A stretch of 64,000 bases of DNA from Octopus sinensis (Eukaryota): positions 142,910,001-142,974,000 of the forward strand of contig NC_042998.1 in NCBI RefSeq assembly GCF_006345805.1, read 5' to 3'. A model generated the notes under the pieces. The model had not been told where the DNA came from, did no database searches, and saw only the letters and a program-made list of their open reading frames with translations. Position numbers and translations under genes: made by a program. Positions 48,905 to 60,459 of the stretch are shown in pieces. Within the stretch, counting starts at the first letter, position 1, and the number at the start of each line of letters is the position of its first letter.

Positions 48905-51530
48905 ACACACACACACACACGCTCATGCATACATATGTGTTGGCGTGCATGCTGATATCTGCTGCAGCTAGTTGGATTCAAATATTGGTGGGTTGATAGT
49001 GAGGATGATGTGGGTTTCATTAGTTTAGATGTCAGTGATGACGGTCGGGTATTGCTGGTGTTGCAGTTGTTATATTTTTCTTGCTAATTCTGTTGTGGCT
49101 GTTTTATCTCAAGTCAGTCCTCAAAGTCCTAAGACCAAAGACATTTCATTGAAATACACTAGGATACCACATTATATCTCTTTATTTGAAATGGATTTGC
49201 TTATCTACTTCACACTATGTACCACTGTTGCAGTTGATGTTTGTGTTTGTGTTGATGTCAGAAACAAACACGCACACATACATACACACATACATACATA
49301 CATACATACATACATACATACATACATACATACATACATACGAGATATGTTTAAAAATTATCCGACTTCATTTTCTCCTGCCAAAACTAATGCCGCGTAG
49401 GCAAAATCCTAGGCAAGTTGACCGAACGCATCGAGCAGATACCATGTCTCATCACCAGTGATAATGTTCTTCTTGAAGTCTGGGTTGTGGTTTGCAATCA
49501 ATTGTGGTTGCAATCAGTTATTTTCCTAGCAATCAATTAATTTTAATTGGGATACGGGCCAATCATTTATTGCAATTAATTGCAGCTAACTGTCAATTAT
49601 TTTGCCGAACGTGAAAACATCATATATTTTGGAGTGTTAGCTTCGATTTAGATAAAGAACCAAAAATCAAAATAAACGGCACATCTTACAGTTTCAAAAA
49701 CCTTTATTATCAGAAAACGTTTAAAGTTCAATTTTATTGATTCAGAATAGATGGATACGTTAGATTGTACAGTAGTTGAAAAACAAATAAATTGAAGGTC
49801 TTTAGTTGAGAGAGTTTCTCAAACGAGTAGCACAATTAAGATGTTCTAATATAGCAAAAGGTCATGAACGATTGCAGATTTCTGAAACTAGGTCTTCATC
49901 CCAGAAAGCGCGATTGACTTTTAGAAATAATTGCAATTCTAAATTCATTAGTGTTAAGTATTTCTGAAAATCATTAAAAGCGTAACATGCTGAGCTGAAG
50001 AAACTATAAGATGTTGGACGTTGGTGACAAAAATCTACAGTTCAGATATTGCTGAGGTGAAATTTTATCTTTTTTTTTTGTGTCTTTTCAAACAAATTGA
50101 AGCAAAATGATCATCTTCTACAGGTAAATCAGACTGTTGTGACGTGTCTTTACCACTTTCAGCTGATGTAGAGCAGCCACTTTATCCGCAGTTAGCTCTG
50201 CTTCTGCATATTGTAAAATTTTCACAACTCCACTTTCAAAATTTGGGCTGTGTACAATAGCTGCTGATGGAAGCAAATATTTTAAAAACTTTTCGTAAGG
50301 ATACAATGTGAGAATTTCGTCAAAGAGAATTCGAGCATCTCCCAAATCTATTTCTGTTCTTTGTAAGGCGACTGTTACTGAGCGTAACTTTATTAAATTG
50401 TCTTTTAGAGTCTGCAAATAATTATGATCGCGTGGAGTCAACAGATAATCAACCAGCTTTGAATCGTCTTAAAAAGACAGCTTGAGTTAGATGTACCTCT
50501 CAATCATGTCATAAGTACTGGACCAACGGGATTTATTTTTTTTGTATAGGTTGCAAAGACGTATTTCCCCGAAGTTTACCCGTAAGTTTTAATGATTTTA
50601 GCTCGCAAATAAACATATTAATTATATCAAGCAGAACTTCCTGTTCGTCGAGATCAGCAGAAACCGCCAGATTGAATTTATAAGAGGTACATCCAATCAA
50701 TGATATTCTACACAAATTCGCTACAGATTTGTCCACTTCAGTATTATATCCAGTAATAGCTACATTTTCTAAATTTTTGTTATAGACACTTAACACATAT
50801 TCCATAAATTCGTCATAATCAGAAGCAGTGAATGATGTTTCACTTAGCACTGGCGAAAATGCCAGCAAAACAGTACAATAGTCATTTTGATAAGTGCACG
50901 AATAAGATGCAAAAAATCCAATGAAATGCGTTGAACCCTTAGTCCAACCGTAAATTACCAACGAGAATTTACTTGGAAGTTCATCAGATATATTTTCTTT
51001 TCCACTTCTTGAGTAAGTTTCCCCATGTCTTTCTTTAAGGTCATATTTGTCATACTTCGCAAGTTTGTGTACTTACGAGTCAGTGGGTCTTCAGTAAAAG
51101 AAAATGTTTTTAAACCAACACATACCCACTCAATCCAACCATAAACATTTAAGGCTGAGCGACTGACCAAACTACTTCTTGGTGAAAGAAAACTCGATAA
51201 AGATGGTTGCCCAGTTGCTTGTGTAGTAGAATACTCTGGATGCTGGTTTATTATATAATTCATAAGATTTGTCCATCCAGTTCCTTTTTTTCTGGGTCAA
51301 ACTTTTTCCACACTTGCATATCCATACATGTTTACTGTCTGTTTGGTTAAAATATTTTCTGATGATTTTCTTGTTTTCATGCGGCATGGGTTAGTTTAAA
51401 ATAAAAGATATTTCGCCACAATTTAAAATAGAAGATATTTCGCCACTCCACTGATTCAGTTAATATGTTGGAGCGGAATTCAAGATACAACCGCGTTGCA
51501 GGCAAAGTTACGATTTAATGACTTGAAGGC

Positions 51531-51848
51531 AGAATGTGTGAATCATTCTCGACAGTCAGAACCAAAAATCACTCAACAGCGATTATTTGACAACATACTC
51601 AATAGCCAATTCCCAAACACGACAGAATGTGTCAATCATTCTCGGCAGTCCTAACCAAGCGTCAACACTCGACAGCGGTTATTTGACAAGATAACCAATT
51701 CCCAAGCATGATAGAATGTGTATCATTCTCAGCAGTCCGAATCAAGCAACAGCACTTGACAACATACACAACAGTCAATTCCTAAGCACGACAGAATGTG
51801 TGAATCATTCTCAGCAGTCAGAACAAAGCGTCAGCACAATACCTCAAA
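51531..51848. repeat. Minisatellite, about 80-93 bp unit, 3.6 copies, inside the hAT-like element
   Basis: AGAATGTG(T)...ATCATTCTC..CAGTC restarts at 51531, 51624, 51713 and 51793. Confidence 0.85.
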
Positions 51849-51850
51849 TA

Positions 51851-53054
51851 TCGGGTTGGCAACTAAGTTCCCGCCGTTTAAAGAAAATTTTGGAACCTTT
51901 TTTTTTTTTGTTTTTTCTGGTTAATTCTAATTTTTGTTTATTTTCAGATCATTAGAATGGAATGTCAAGTTAAGAAAAACGAGCATTTTCGACACCTCCT
52001 TCTTTTTGCTTTTAATCAAGGTTCTAAGCTGCTCGCAACATTTGTACTGTGTATGGAGAGGGTGCCATAGCTGAAAGAACCGCTCGTGATTGGTATGCCA
52101 AGTTCAAAAATGAAAATTTTGACCTCAAAGATGCACCTCGTTTTGGCCGTCCATTTGAGTCCGATAACAAGCGATTAAACCAACTTTTGCACGAAAATTC
52201 TCGTCAAACAACAAAGGAACTAACAGAGAAAATGGAATGCTCCTACACTGCTACAGAGAAGCATCTTCACTCGATGGGAAAGGTTCAGAAGTATGGAGCA
52301 TGGGTTCTGCATGCTTTAAGTGACAACAACAAAAACCAACGAGTCACAATCTCCGCTGGTTTGCTTGCTCGTCACCGCTCAACCTATCAACACAAGCAAC
52401 GATTTCTTTACCGAATCGTTACTGGCGACGAAAAATGGTGCATGTACATCAATATGAACCAGCGTAAGGAATGGCTTAGTCCCGCTAAACAAGCGACACC
52501 TCTTCATCCGCGTTAAACGATGTTTTGCGTATGGTGGAACTGGGAAGGGATTATCCATTACGAATTGCTTAGACGGAACCAAACGGTCAACGCGGAACTC
52601 TATGTTCAACAGATGATAGACTCAACACGGCTATTCAAGAGAAAAGATCTAATCGTCAGCATGGAGTTCTTCTGCTGCACTACAACGCTTGCCCTCATAT
52701 CGCCAATATAATCAAAGAAGCCATTCAAACGCATGGCTGGGAAGTGCTGCCACATCCGCCGCACTCTCCTGATTTGGCACCAACAGATTTCCATCTCTTT
52801 CGATCTCTTTCAAATGCTATGCGCGGAATTTCGTTCAATACTGATGCAGAATTAAGAGCTTTGTTGGATCAGTTTTTCAAGTCGAAATGGGTGATTTCTA
52901 CCAACGAAGTATTGAAAATCTTGTTGAACGTTGGGAAGAAGTTGTAAACAACAAGGGTGAATACATTACTGATTAATTAGTTGTTATTTTTTTTATTAAA
53001 CCTTTAAAAAAATTTAAATTTTAAAAAACGGCGGGAACTTAGTCGCCAACCTAA
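51851..53054 (+). mobile_element. Near-full-length mariner (DD34D) transposon, transposase pseudogene 51957-52976
   Basis: TIRs TCGGGTTGGCAACTAAGTTCCCGCCGTTT / AAACGGCGGGAACTTAGTCGCCAACCTAA with TA on both sides; MECQVKKNEHFRH; WVLHAL; IVTGDEKW; LHYNA (second D mutated); HSPDLAPTDFHLF; frameshifts. Confidence 0.95.
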
Positions 53055-53904
53055 TAATAATAATAGAATGCTATATTTGCCAATTGAACGTCGTATGAAG
53101 TATGAGCCATTTGAAAAACTTTTGCTGATAATGTTGCAATTAACAGCAATTAATTGATATGATAGCAATCAATTATCTAATTTGCAGTACGACTCCAAAC
53201 AATTAACTGGCCCAATATATTGCAATTAATTTTTCATCAATTAATTTTTTACAACCCTTGGTTTGCACAGTTGTGATTTGTTCAGCATGTCCTAAGCGAT
53301 TTCCATGTGAAGTTGCTTCTGCTGCTCCACCAGCATCTTGAGGACGAATTTCGACGACACTTTCCGCATGTACAAATCCTCTGTTAAAATGGAATGCACT
53401 GATTGTGTTTATTCCCACTTCGTGACCTATTTGCTGGATTGTTATACGGACGGTCTTCCATGACTATTTGCCAAACCTTTTCAATCGACTCCTCGTTTCG
53501 GCTTGTAGACGACTTACTTGAGCGTGCCTAACTCTTCACTGACGTACGACTATGTTTGACGTGGTTGTGCCACTCCTTGATCTGAGTTTTACCCATGGCA
53601 TTGTCACCAGAGACCTGTTGAATCTTCGAGATGGTTTGAGCTTGAATATCACGAAGCTTTAGACAAAACTCAATGCAATATCTCTTCTCAATGCGTTCGG
53701 CGAAACGAAAGTTCGACGAGCGTACACTACATATCTGTACTCTTGGTGACAACTGGTAACTGATGAAGTTTACCGGTACAAACATTTTCATGCATGTGCA
53801 GGAAGGTTGACGTCACATCCTACCCAAAGGATTTTGGCCACGCGGCATTAGTTTTGGCGGGGGAAAATAAAGTCGGATACGATTTGAACGCTCCCCCTAC
53901 ATAC

Positions 53905-54510
53905 ATACGAGGTCTGATCAATAAGTATCCGGACTGTTGTTATAGTAATGACGTTAAAGCACACACAGTGAAGCCGCTTGGCACAGATTGACCGGGAACC
54001 CTGCTGTGCATGCGCACTGAGTTTTAAAGTTCTAGTTCCCTTCCACTTGGCGATACAAGCTCAGAAGCCTACACAAAGTTTTCAAAAATGTTTTCAGCGT
54101 TCTCGATACAATGAAGGAGATCTTGTGCAACTGAAACCCGAATGTCTTTTCGGTCAGCTGAAAGCAGTTTTGGCACAAATATGGCAGACACGCGTTTCAT
54201 ACCCGAATCTTCAATGATAATGGACTGAACTAAGCCCTAACTAATCTGCACATCCTCTGATAACTCACGGATGGTGATTCGACGATTTCCCCTTACAGCT
54301 GCACGTACATCTGTGATGTTTTTCTCATTTCTGGTGGTCGCAGGTCTCCCAGAACTTTCGTCAATATCGACGTATTTTCAGCCATTTTTAAAACGTCTGA
54401 ACCATGCGTAAACTTGTGAGCGGCTCATACACTCCTCTCCATTCACTTTCTGCAACTTTGCGTAAACCTCTGAGCAGGTATCGCCATGACAACTTTCTCT
54501 GTGATGCGAC
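53905..54510 (-). mobile_element. Truncated mariner-derived element (HTH region)
   Basis: TACGAGGTCTGATCAATAAGTATCCGGA terminus; minus strand MSRSQVYAWFRRFKNG...SGRPAT...NRRITIRELSE...MKRVSAIFVPKLL; second TIR not found. Confidence 0.75.
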
Positions 54511-54827
54511 GATCACACGCCACACACCTTTCTTCCACATACATATGCACAAAAAGCTAGAAACACTAGGCTTCACAAAGAAAGATCAAAAGAAACTGAC
54601 GCGGATTCTCCACATCCAATCTCTTAGAGGCACAGAGAAGATTTGTCAAACAATCCCAAAATTCTCTAAGTTTCTTATGTGAATAGATGCAAACACTTGA
54701 ATGTATGCATTGACAGGTCAACCAACACACCAACACAACCATATATTTACGAAGACCGGGAACTCTCTTAACTCAAAAAGCTTTGTCGCTTTGTTAGCGA
54801 GCGGCTTGAATTCTCTTCAGAAAACGG

Positions 54828-54859
<32 letters not shown>

Positions 54860-55493
54860 TACACACACACACGACACATGCATATGCATATACTTATGTA
54901 TGTATGTATGTATGTATGTATGTATGTATGTATGCTTGTATATATACTCGCAATATGTACATTATGTATACATGTGTCCATGTGTGTAACGTTATGATAG
55001 TTTTCCAAATCGTTAACTATATGTTTTGATCTTAACTAAAACGCAAGTGGCCATTGAGCTAAATTACAGACCGTATCCCAAAAGTAATGGTCATACTTTA
55101 TAATTTCTGCAAGAGCGAAATCCAGTAACCTGAGGCAGCCATTACGCGGGAGATGCCTGTATTTTCTTTCTTCTCTTCGACAAGTCTTCACGGTGCTGTA
55201 AACGATCATAGGTCATGTAATTTTTCCTGATATAGCATAGAAAATAAAGCTATTAACAGAAAAATACAAAGCTCATCTAACAAGAAGGACTTATACATTA
55301 CACCATCTCACATGAATAGTGTTAATATTGTTGGCCTACTTTTTGTTGTCGGTACTATATCGCTTCATTTGATACGTTCACCCTTTATTTACTGTTTATT
55401 ACGGTTTATAAATCAAAACTATAACGACGGATGTATTTCTAATGAATATCAAGAGGTGGTTTCAAATTCAGTGGTCTTCCAAGTGTATACTTG

Positions 55494-55645
55494 AGGAGGA
55501 CGCATGGTTTCAAGGTTAAAAGTGTTGACTTCACGATCATAAATTCATCGCTTCGATTACTGGACCGGGCGCCGTTTTATGTTCTTGAACAAGACATTTC
55601 ATTTCACGTTGTTCCAAGTAACTCAGCTGAAAATGAGTACCAGTT
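55494..55645 (+). mobile_element. Degenerate tRNA-headed SINE
   Basis: GGACGCATGGTTTCAAGGTTA...CTTCGATTAC head and CTTGAACAAGACATTTCATTTCAC CORE-like segment. Confidence 0.55.
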
Positions 55646-56884
55646 GTGTACTGGTGCAATACTTTCTCCCTCCATCATCGATGACCCACTGGATCAACTG
55701 AGGGAAGGCCACCAGTATGTCTATTAGCGACTACATAGACACCTAACGAAAACGCGTGTTCCACAGGCCGGTACCAATATGTGGGTAGCTGTGCAATGTT
55801 CAATTATGTACCAAATATATTTGAACTGATCTAAAGTTTCTATATGTGCGGAGTATATACGTATGTAGTCTATATAATAATGCATCATTGTAAATCGTTT
55901 TAGCACTGAGTTTTCACGTACAAGGAATTTAGTTATAGCCGCCCTAACATTCCAATCCTTTTTATTTTCCCAATTCAGGCCCTTTGTAATTGTATTTCTG
56001 TTCATTTTCTTTCCTACAACCAGTATCTTTGCAACAGTTCAGCTTTAACCCAACTTCCATCTTGCTATTTCCGCCACCCTGTGTAGAAATATTAGTAGAC
56101 TTGTATTCTGGTTGTTGTTGATGATGCTTCGGTCTCAGGTAATGATCAAACAATGCATGATGAAAGGGTTCCAGCCATGAGTATCCCCTCTCTGTCCTAG
56201 GCACAGTGTACGTATGACCACATTATACAGTGTATCCTTCTTTTCTGAAATGGTATGGTATGATTTCAGAGTATTTAGTAGCAATCACTATTTAAATCAA
56301 ACACAAATAACCCTCTAACTGAAATGATTAGACTAATTTGAATATTATGCATTTTTCGATAGTATGACTAAATAATCAAATGGCATTGGAGTTAGAAACT
56401 AGTAGCTAATTTTGAAAATTTTTTCATATTTTCTAAAATACACCGTTTGTTCATAAAATATTTATCAATTTTCGCCGCTTTTCAAATGGCCAAATGCAGA
56501 TTACTCTAATCACTTCATTTAAGCCAATGTTAGTATTTGATTTAAATAGTAACTAGTGCTAAGTTTTCTTTGCGGGGAAAGGAATCAAAAGTAGTTATTC
56601 GCTGAAGAGTGGCCAACCAGCCAAGAAACATCAGAACGTTAGTTTTTCTACGTGCGAAGAGAATAACTGGAATTATTCAAATTTGGTTACATAGTTTTCG
56701 TAGTTTAGAGTTATTTACATTTCTACAGAATTGTAGAGTATATGTAGCATTACACTCACTCGTGTGTATGTATTTGTGTATATATAGTATGTATGTGTAT
56801 GTGCGTGTGTGTGAGTGCTTATGTATGCGTGTATATGTATCTATAAATACGAATGCATTTGTGTGTGTGTGTGTACACACACAA

Positions 56885-57042
56885 CAGGCTTCTTTCAGTT
56901 TCCGTCTACCGAATCCATTCAAGGCTTTGGTCGGCTCGAGGTTATAGTAGAAGACACCTGTCCAAGGCACCACGCAGTAGGACTGAACGCGGAACTATGT
57001 GGTTGGGTAGCAAGCTTCTTACCACGCAGCTATGCCTGCGCC
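56885..57042 (-). mobile_element. Head module of bipartite SINE
   Basis: Reverse complement of module A. Confidence 0.85.
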
Positions 57043-57043
57043 T

Positions 57044-57079
<36 letters not shown>

Positions 57080-57464
57080 GGGTGTGTGTGTGTGTGTTTG
57101 TGTGTATACAGAGGGAAGAAGTGAGAGGAGAAAGCGTAAAACATCCTCACCTAGATATAGATGTTGAGATAAACATCAGCAAAATACATATAGTATATAA
57201 ATTTCATTTTTGTTTATTTTAGTTGTGTTCTTATGTATTTTTATTTTTATATTTATTTTTTTACGTTGTCTTTTTTTTTCTGAAACCCAAGCTACGTATG
57301 AATGCCACCATTTTAAACCGGATATTTTTCTGCAGTTCCACGCTACTGGCAACTATTTTCTGATTTATGCGACGACGTTGATGAGACACACTAACTGATA
57401 AACAAACAACGAAATACCATAGATAAACAAATAATAAATAGGTAAAGAAAATATTTGCGCAAAC

Positions 57465-57497
<33 letters not shown>

Positions 57498-57523
57498 TGT
57501 ATGTATGTATGTATGTATGTATG

Positions 57524-57555
<32 letters not shown>

Positions 57556-58275
57556 ACACTAAATAAAAAGCGTCATCAGACGTATGAGAAAATAGATTCT
57601 AACCTTCATAGCATACATTAACATATCATGAATATATTAATATATTAACCTGGAATGTTTGTTTCCGTCAAAGGAGTAAAGACAAAATTTATTGATGGGT
57701 ATATAAACAGAAAACGATACCACAGTTTGGACAGTCATCATTACGAAACAAGAGAATGAATTTAGCCGTATAGCAATGAACGTCCACCCTCCTTCTAATT
57801 AGATAATGCAACGTATCTTATATGCTATTTATTAAAATAAATATATTATGTTAATTAGTCGGTGATGCCATCTGCATAGAAGACACTAGCTGAGTCAGTA
57901 TTTGTGTTAATATTTTTAATACACGAGACATCTAATTGGAATTGCTGTAATGTACTCTGGAATTTGTCTACAGATATTTCTAGCCAGCGTTGCATGTTTT
58001 GATGTGTGTAAACAAGTCTTTATTTAAAACATGTTCGTGGATAGAAGAAGGGGAGAATAGGCGTGCATGTTTCAATCCTGTGTTAGAATTTTATCAGCAA
58101 CTGAGTACTCTCTTTAACTATCCACATTCTCATTGTTTAGAAATTCATTAATATCGGAGACTTTTAGTAAATAGAGTTGACCAATCAGTAATTTTAACAC
58201 TTTCATGGAAGTTGGAATCTATTTGATTATTGATGCATTAACTGTTTCGAGTTAGTTAAAAAAAATGTACAAATA

Positions 58276-58680
58276 GGAGTGGCTGAGTGGTAAGTAGCTT
58301 GCTTACCAACCACATGGTTCTGGGTTCAGTCCCACTGCGTGGCACCTTGGGCAAGTGTCTTCTACTATAGTCTCGGGCCAATCAAAGCTTTGTCAGTGGA
58401 TTTGGTTGACGGAAACTGAAAGAAACCCGTCGTATATATGTATATGTGAGTATGTATGTATGTGTTTGCGTGTGTGTGTCTGTGTTTGTCCCCCTAACAT
58501 CGCTCGACAACCGATTTTGGTGTGTTTACATCCCCGTAACTTAGCGGTTCGGCAAAAGAGACCGATAGAACAAGTACTAGGTTTACAAAGAATAAGTCCT
58601 GCGGTCGATTTATTCGACTAAAGGCGGTGCTCTAGCATGGCCGCAGTTAAATGACTGAACACAAGTAAAAGAATAAAAGA
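58276..58680 (+). mobile_element. Full bipartite SINE
   Basis: Both modules present. Confidence 0.9.
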
Positions 58681-58993
58681 AAAATATATTCTATAGTACT
58701 TTATAGCAATGAAATGAAATACAGTTGACATGCTAGTAATTCAATTAGAAATACTGATTCGGCGAGGAAAAGACTATATCTCTAAATAATAATAGCTAAT
58801 ATACATGTTGGTTAGCCGGTTGATTTGTCTAGTCACGCTTTATATCGTAGAGAAAGCTACAGAAAGAGTTAATATAAGAGGTAATGCCTCAGATCGCTAT
58901 CGGTTCTTTTGGTCAAACCAAAATGGCTTAATAACTTACCTAATATGTGTGTGTGTGTGGAGAGCAGTCGCCATATTCCTTTCCATATCAGCT

Positions 58994-59077
58994 AACTCTG
59001 ATGAGTATAAGGTTATATAATTAGATTGTTATCTAACATTCCATTGTATTCCTAGCGCGAAACCGACTGGTAAGATC
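58994..59077 (+). ncRNA. Type I hammerhead motif, helices partly decayed
   Basis: AACT-CTGATGA (58998-59004)...CCTAGCGC-GAAA (59059-59062)-CCGACTG-GTA (59070-59072)-AGAT; inner hairpin TTAGAT/ATCTAA. Confidence 0.55.
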
Positions 59078-59108
59078 CGCCGTGATGGATGTATAATACT
59101 GTACATTT

Positions 59109-59198
<90 letters not shown>

Positions 59199-59250
59199 GA
59201 TCGTTAGCCCCTACACGCAATTTTGTTCTCTCCTTGTTCTTTTCTGTGTA

Positions 59251-59288
59251 TCTTTCTGTCGAAGAGCGTAGGCTCGAAACGTAAAAGA
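59251..59288 (+). ncRNA. Minimal hammerhead-like motif (CUGUCGAA core variant)
   Basis: TCTTT-CTGTCGAA-GAGC-GTAG-GCTC-GAAAC-GTA-AAAGA; 5-bp helix I, 4-bp helix II. Confidence 0.6.
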
Positions 59289-59415
59289 CTTGTTTTATTT
59301 CTATTCCTGAGCGCCATACTAATACATTGTTTATTTGTACTCCACCTGCTTTCGTTTCTTGTTTATTTTCGTAAACCTGCCTTCGTCTTTTGTTTATTTT
59401 CGTAAACCTTCCCGT

Positions 59416-59449
<34 letters not shown>

Positions 59450-59604
59450 ATATATAGTAAAAGCTATTAAGATTCAAGTCAGTTCTAATGAATTCACTTG
59501 AATGCGGTACTTAACTTATATGCACCAGAAAACTATATGGTATTAACCATACAATAATGTGGGGTGATTATAAACGAGAAAAAAGCAACAAGAATGGATT
59601 AGTT

Positions 59605-59695
59605 TTATAGTACAATTGTTTCATACAAAGACAGGCTTTATTAAAAGCTGCAAATATTGCAGCAAATACAAGTGTCTCGTACTCATCAGCTAAAA
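59605..59695 (-). ncRNA. Type I hammerhead ribozyme motif (left arm)
   Basis: Mirror of 60369-60459; helix I shortened to 3 bp by one substitution. Confidence 0.7.
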
Positions 59696-60368
59696 CACAT
59701 ATGAGTTCTCCAAACATCTTAGTGGGTGAGGCTACACTCATGAAGTATCGGAGATAATTTTATAAAAAGCAAATTCAGGTTGTAAGCGGACTTCCAAAGT
59801 TCTTTAATGATGATGCACAGTCTTATCACAGGTTTTAAAAAAGCTTATTAGCTTCACAGAGAAGATGAATCAATCCATAATGTAGGTGCAAATTTCCAGA
59901 GATATGAGGAGATATTTCATACTCACAGACGATGAATCTATCCATGATTAATCCACAATGAGGTGGGTATAATTTCATGCTATATGATAAGATACTTGTA
60001 ACACTACTGTTCCCTTCACAAAACTGCTATGTTAGAATTTCTAAAAGCTGAAGTATCTTATAAGACAAGTATCTTATCATATAGCATGAAATTATACCCA
60101 CCTCATTGTGGATTAATCATGGATAGATTCATCGTCTGTGAGTATGAAATATCTCCTCATATCTCTAGAAATTTGCACCTACATTATGGATTGATTCATC
60201 TTCTCTGTGAAGCTAATAAGCTTTTTTAAAACCTGTGATAAGACTGTGCATCATCATTAAAGAACTTTGGAAGTCCGCTTACAACCTGAATTTGCTTTTT
60301 ATAAAATTATCTCCGATACTTCATGAGTGTAGCCTCACCCACTAAGATGTTTGGAGAACTCATATGTG

Positions 60369-60459
60369 TTTTAGCTGATGAGTACGGGACACTTGTATTT
60401 GCTGCAATATTTGCAGCTTTTAATAAAGCCTGTCTTTGTATGAAACAATTGTACTAAAA
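60369..60459 (+). ncRNA. Complete type I hammerhead ribozyme motif (right arm)
   Basis: Helix I TTTTAG/CTAAAA; CTGATGA 60375-60381; helix II GTACGGGAC/GTCTTTGTAT with inner GCTGCAA/TTGCAGC hairpin; GAAA 60442-60445; palindromic ACAATTGT helix III; GUA cleavage triplet ending 60453. Confidence 0.8.

Larger units (their letters stand above)
49497..53258 (-). mobile_element. hAT-like DNA transposon with decayed transposase (about 49880-51387)
   Basis: WICKCGK...GWTNL..YI..QH (BED-like); VYGWIEWV...FSFTEDPLTRKY; YGWT..STHF; GCTSYKFNLAV; NKTRWSSTYDMIERY; SPTSN...LQLFLKVNRAFW (hATC-like). Flanked by direct repeat TGGTTTGCA (49488-49496, 53259-53267); GCAAT(C/T)AATT subterminal repeats at both ends. 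Confidence 0.8.
49341..53899 (-). mobile_element. Internally deleted mariner element (outer layer of nest), split by the hAT-like insertion
   Basis: About 70-bp imperfect TIRs (49341-49410 vs 53828-53899, shared TATCCGACTT.ATTTTC.CC.GCCAAAACTAATGCCGCGT); IEKRYCIEFCLKL...QIKEW; joining the halves restores ANHNPDFKKNIITGDETW. Confidence 0.8.
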
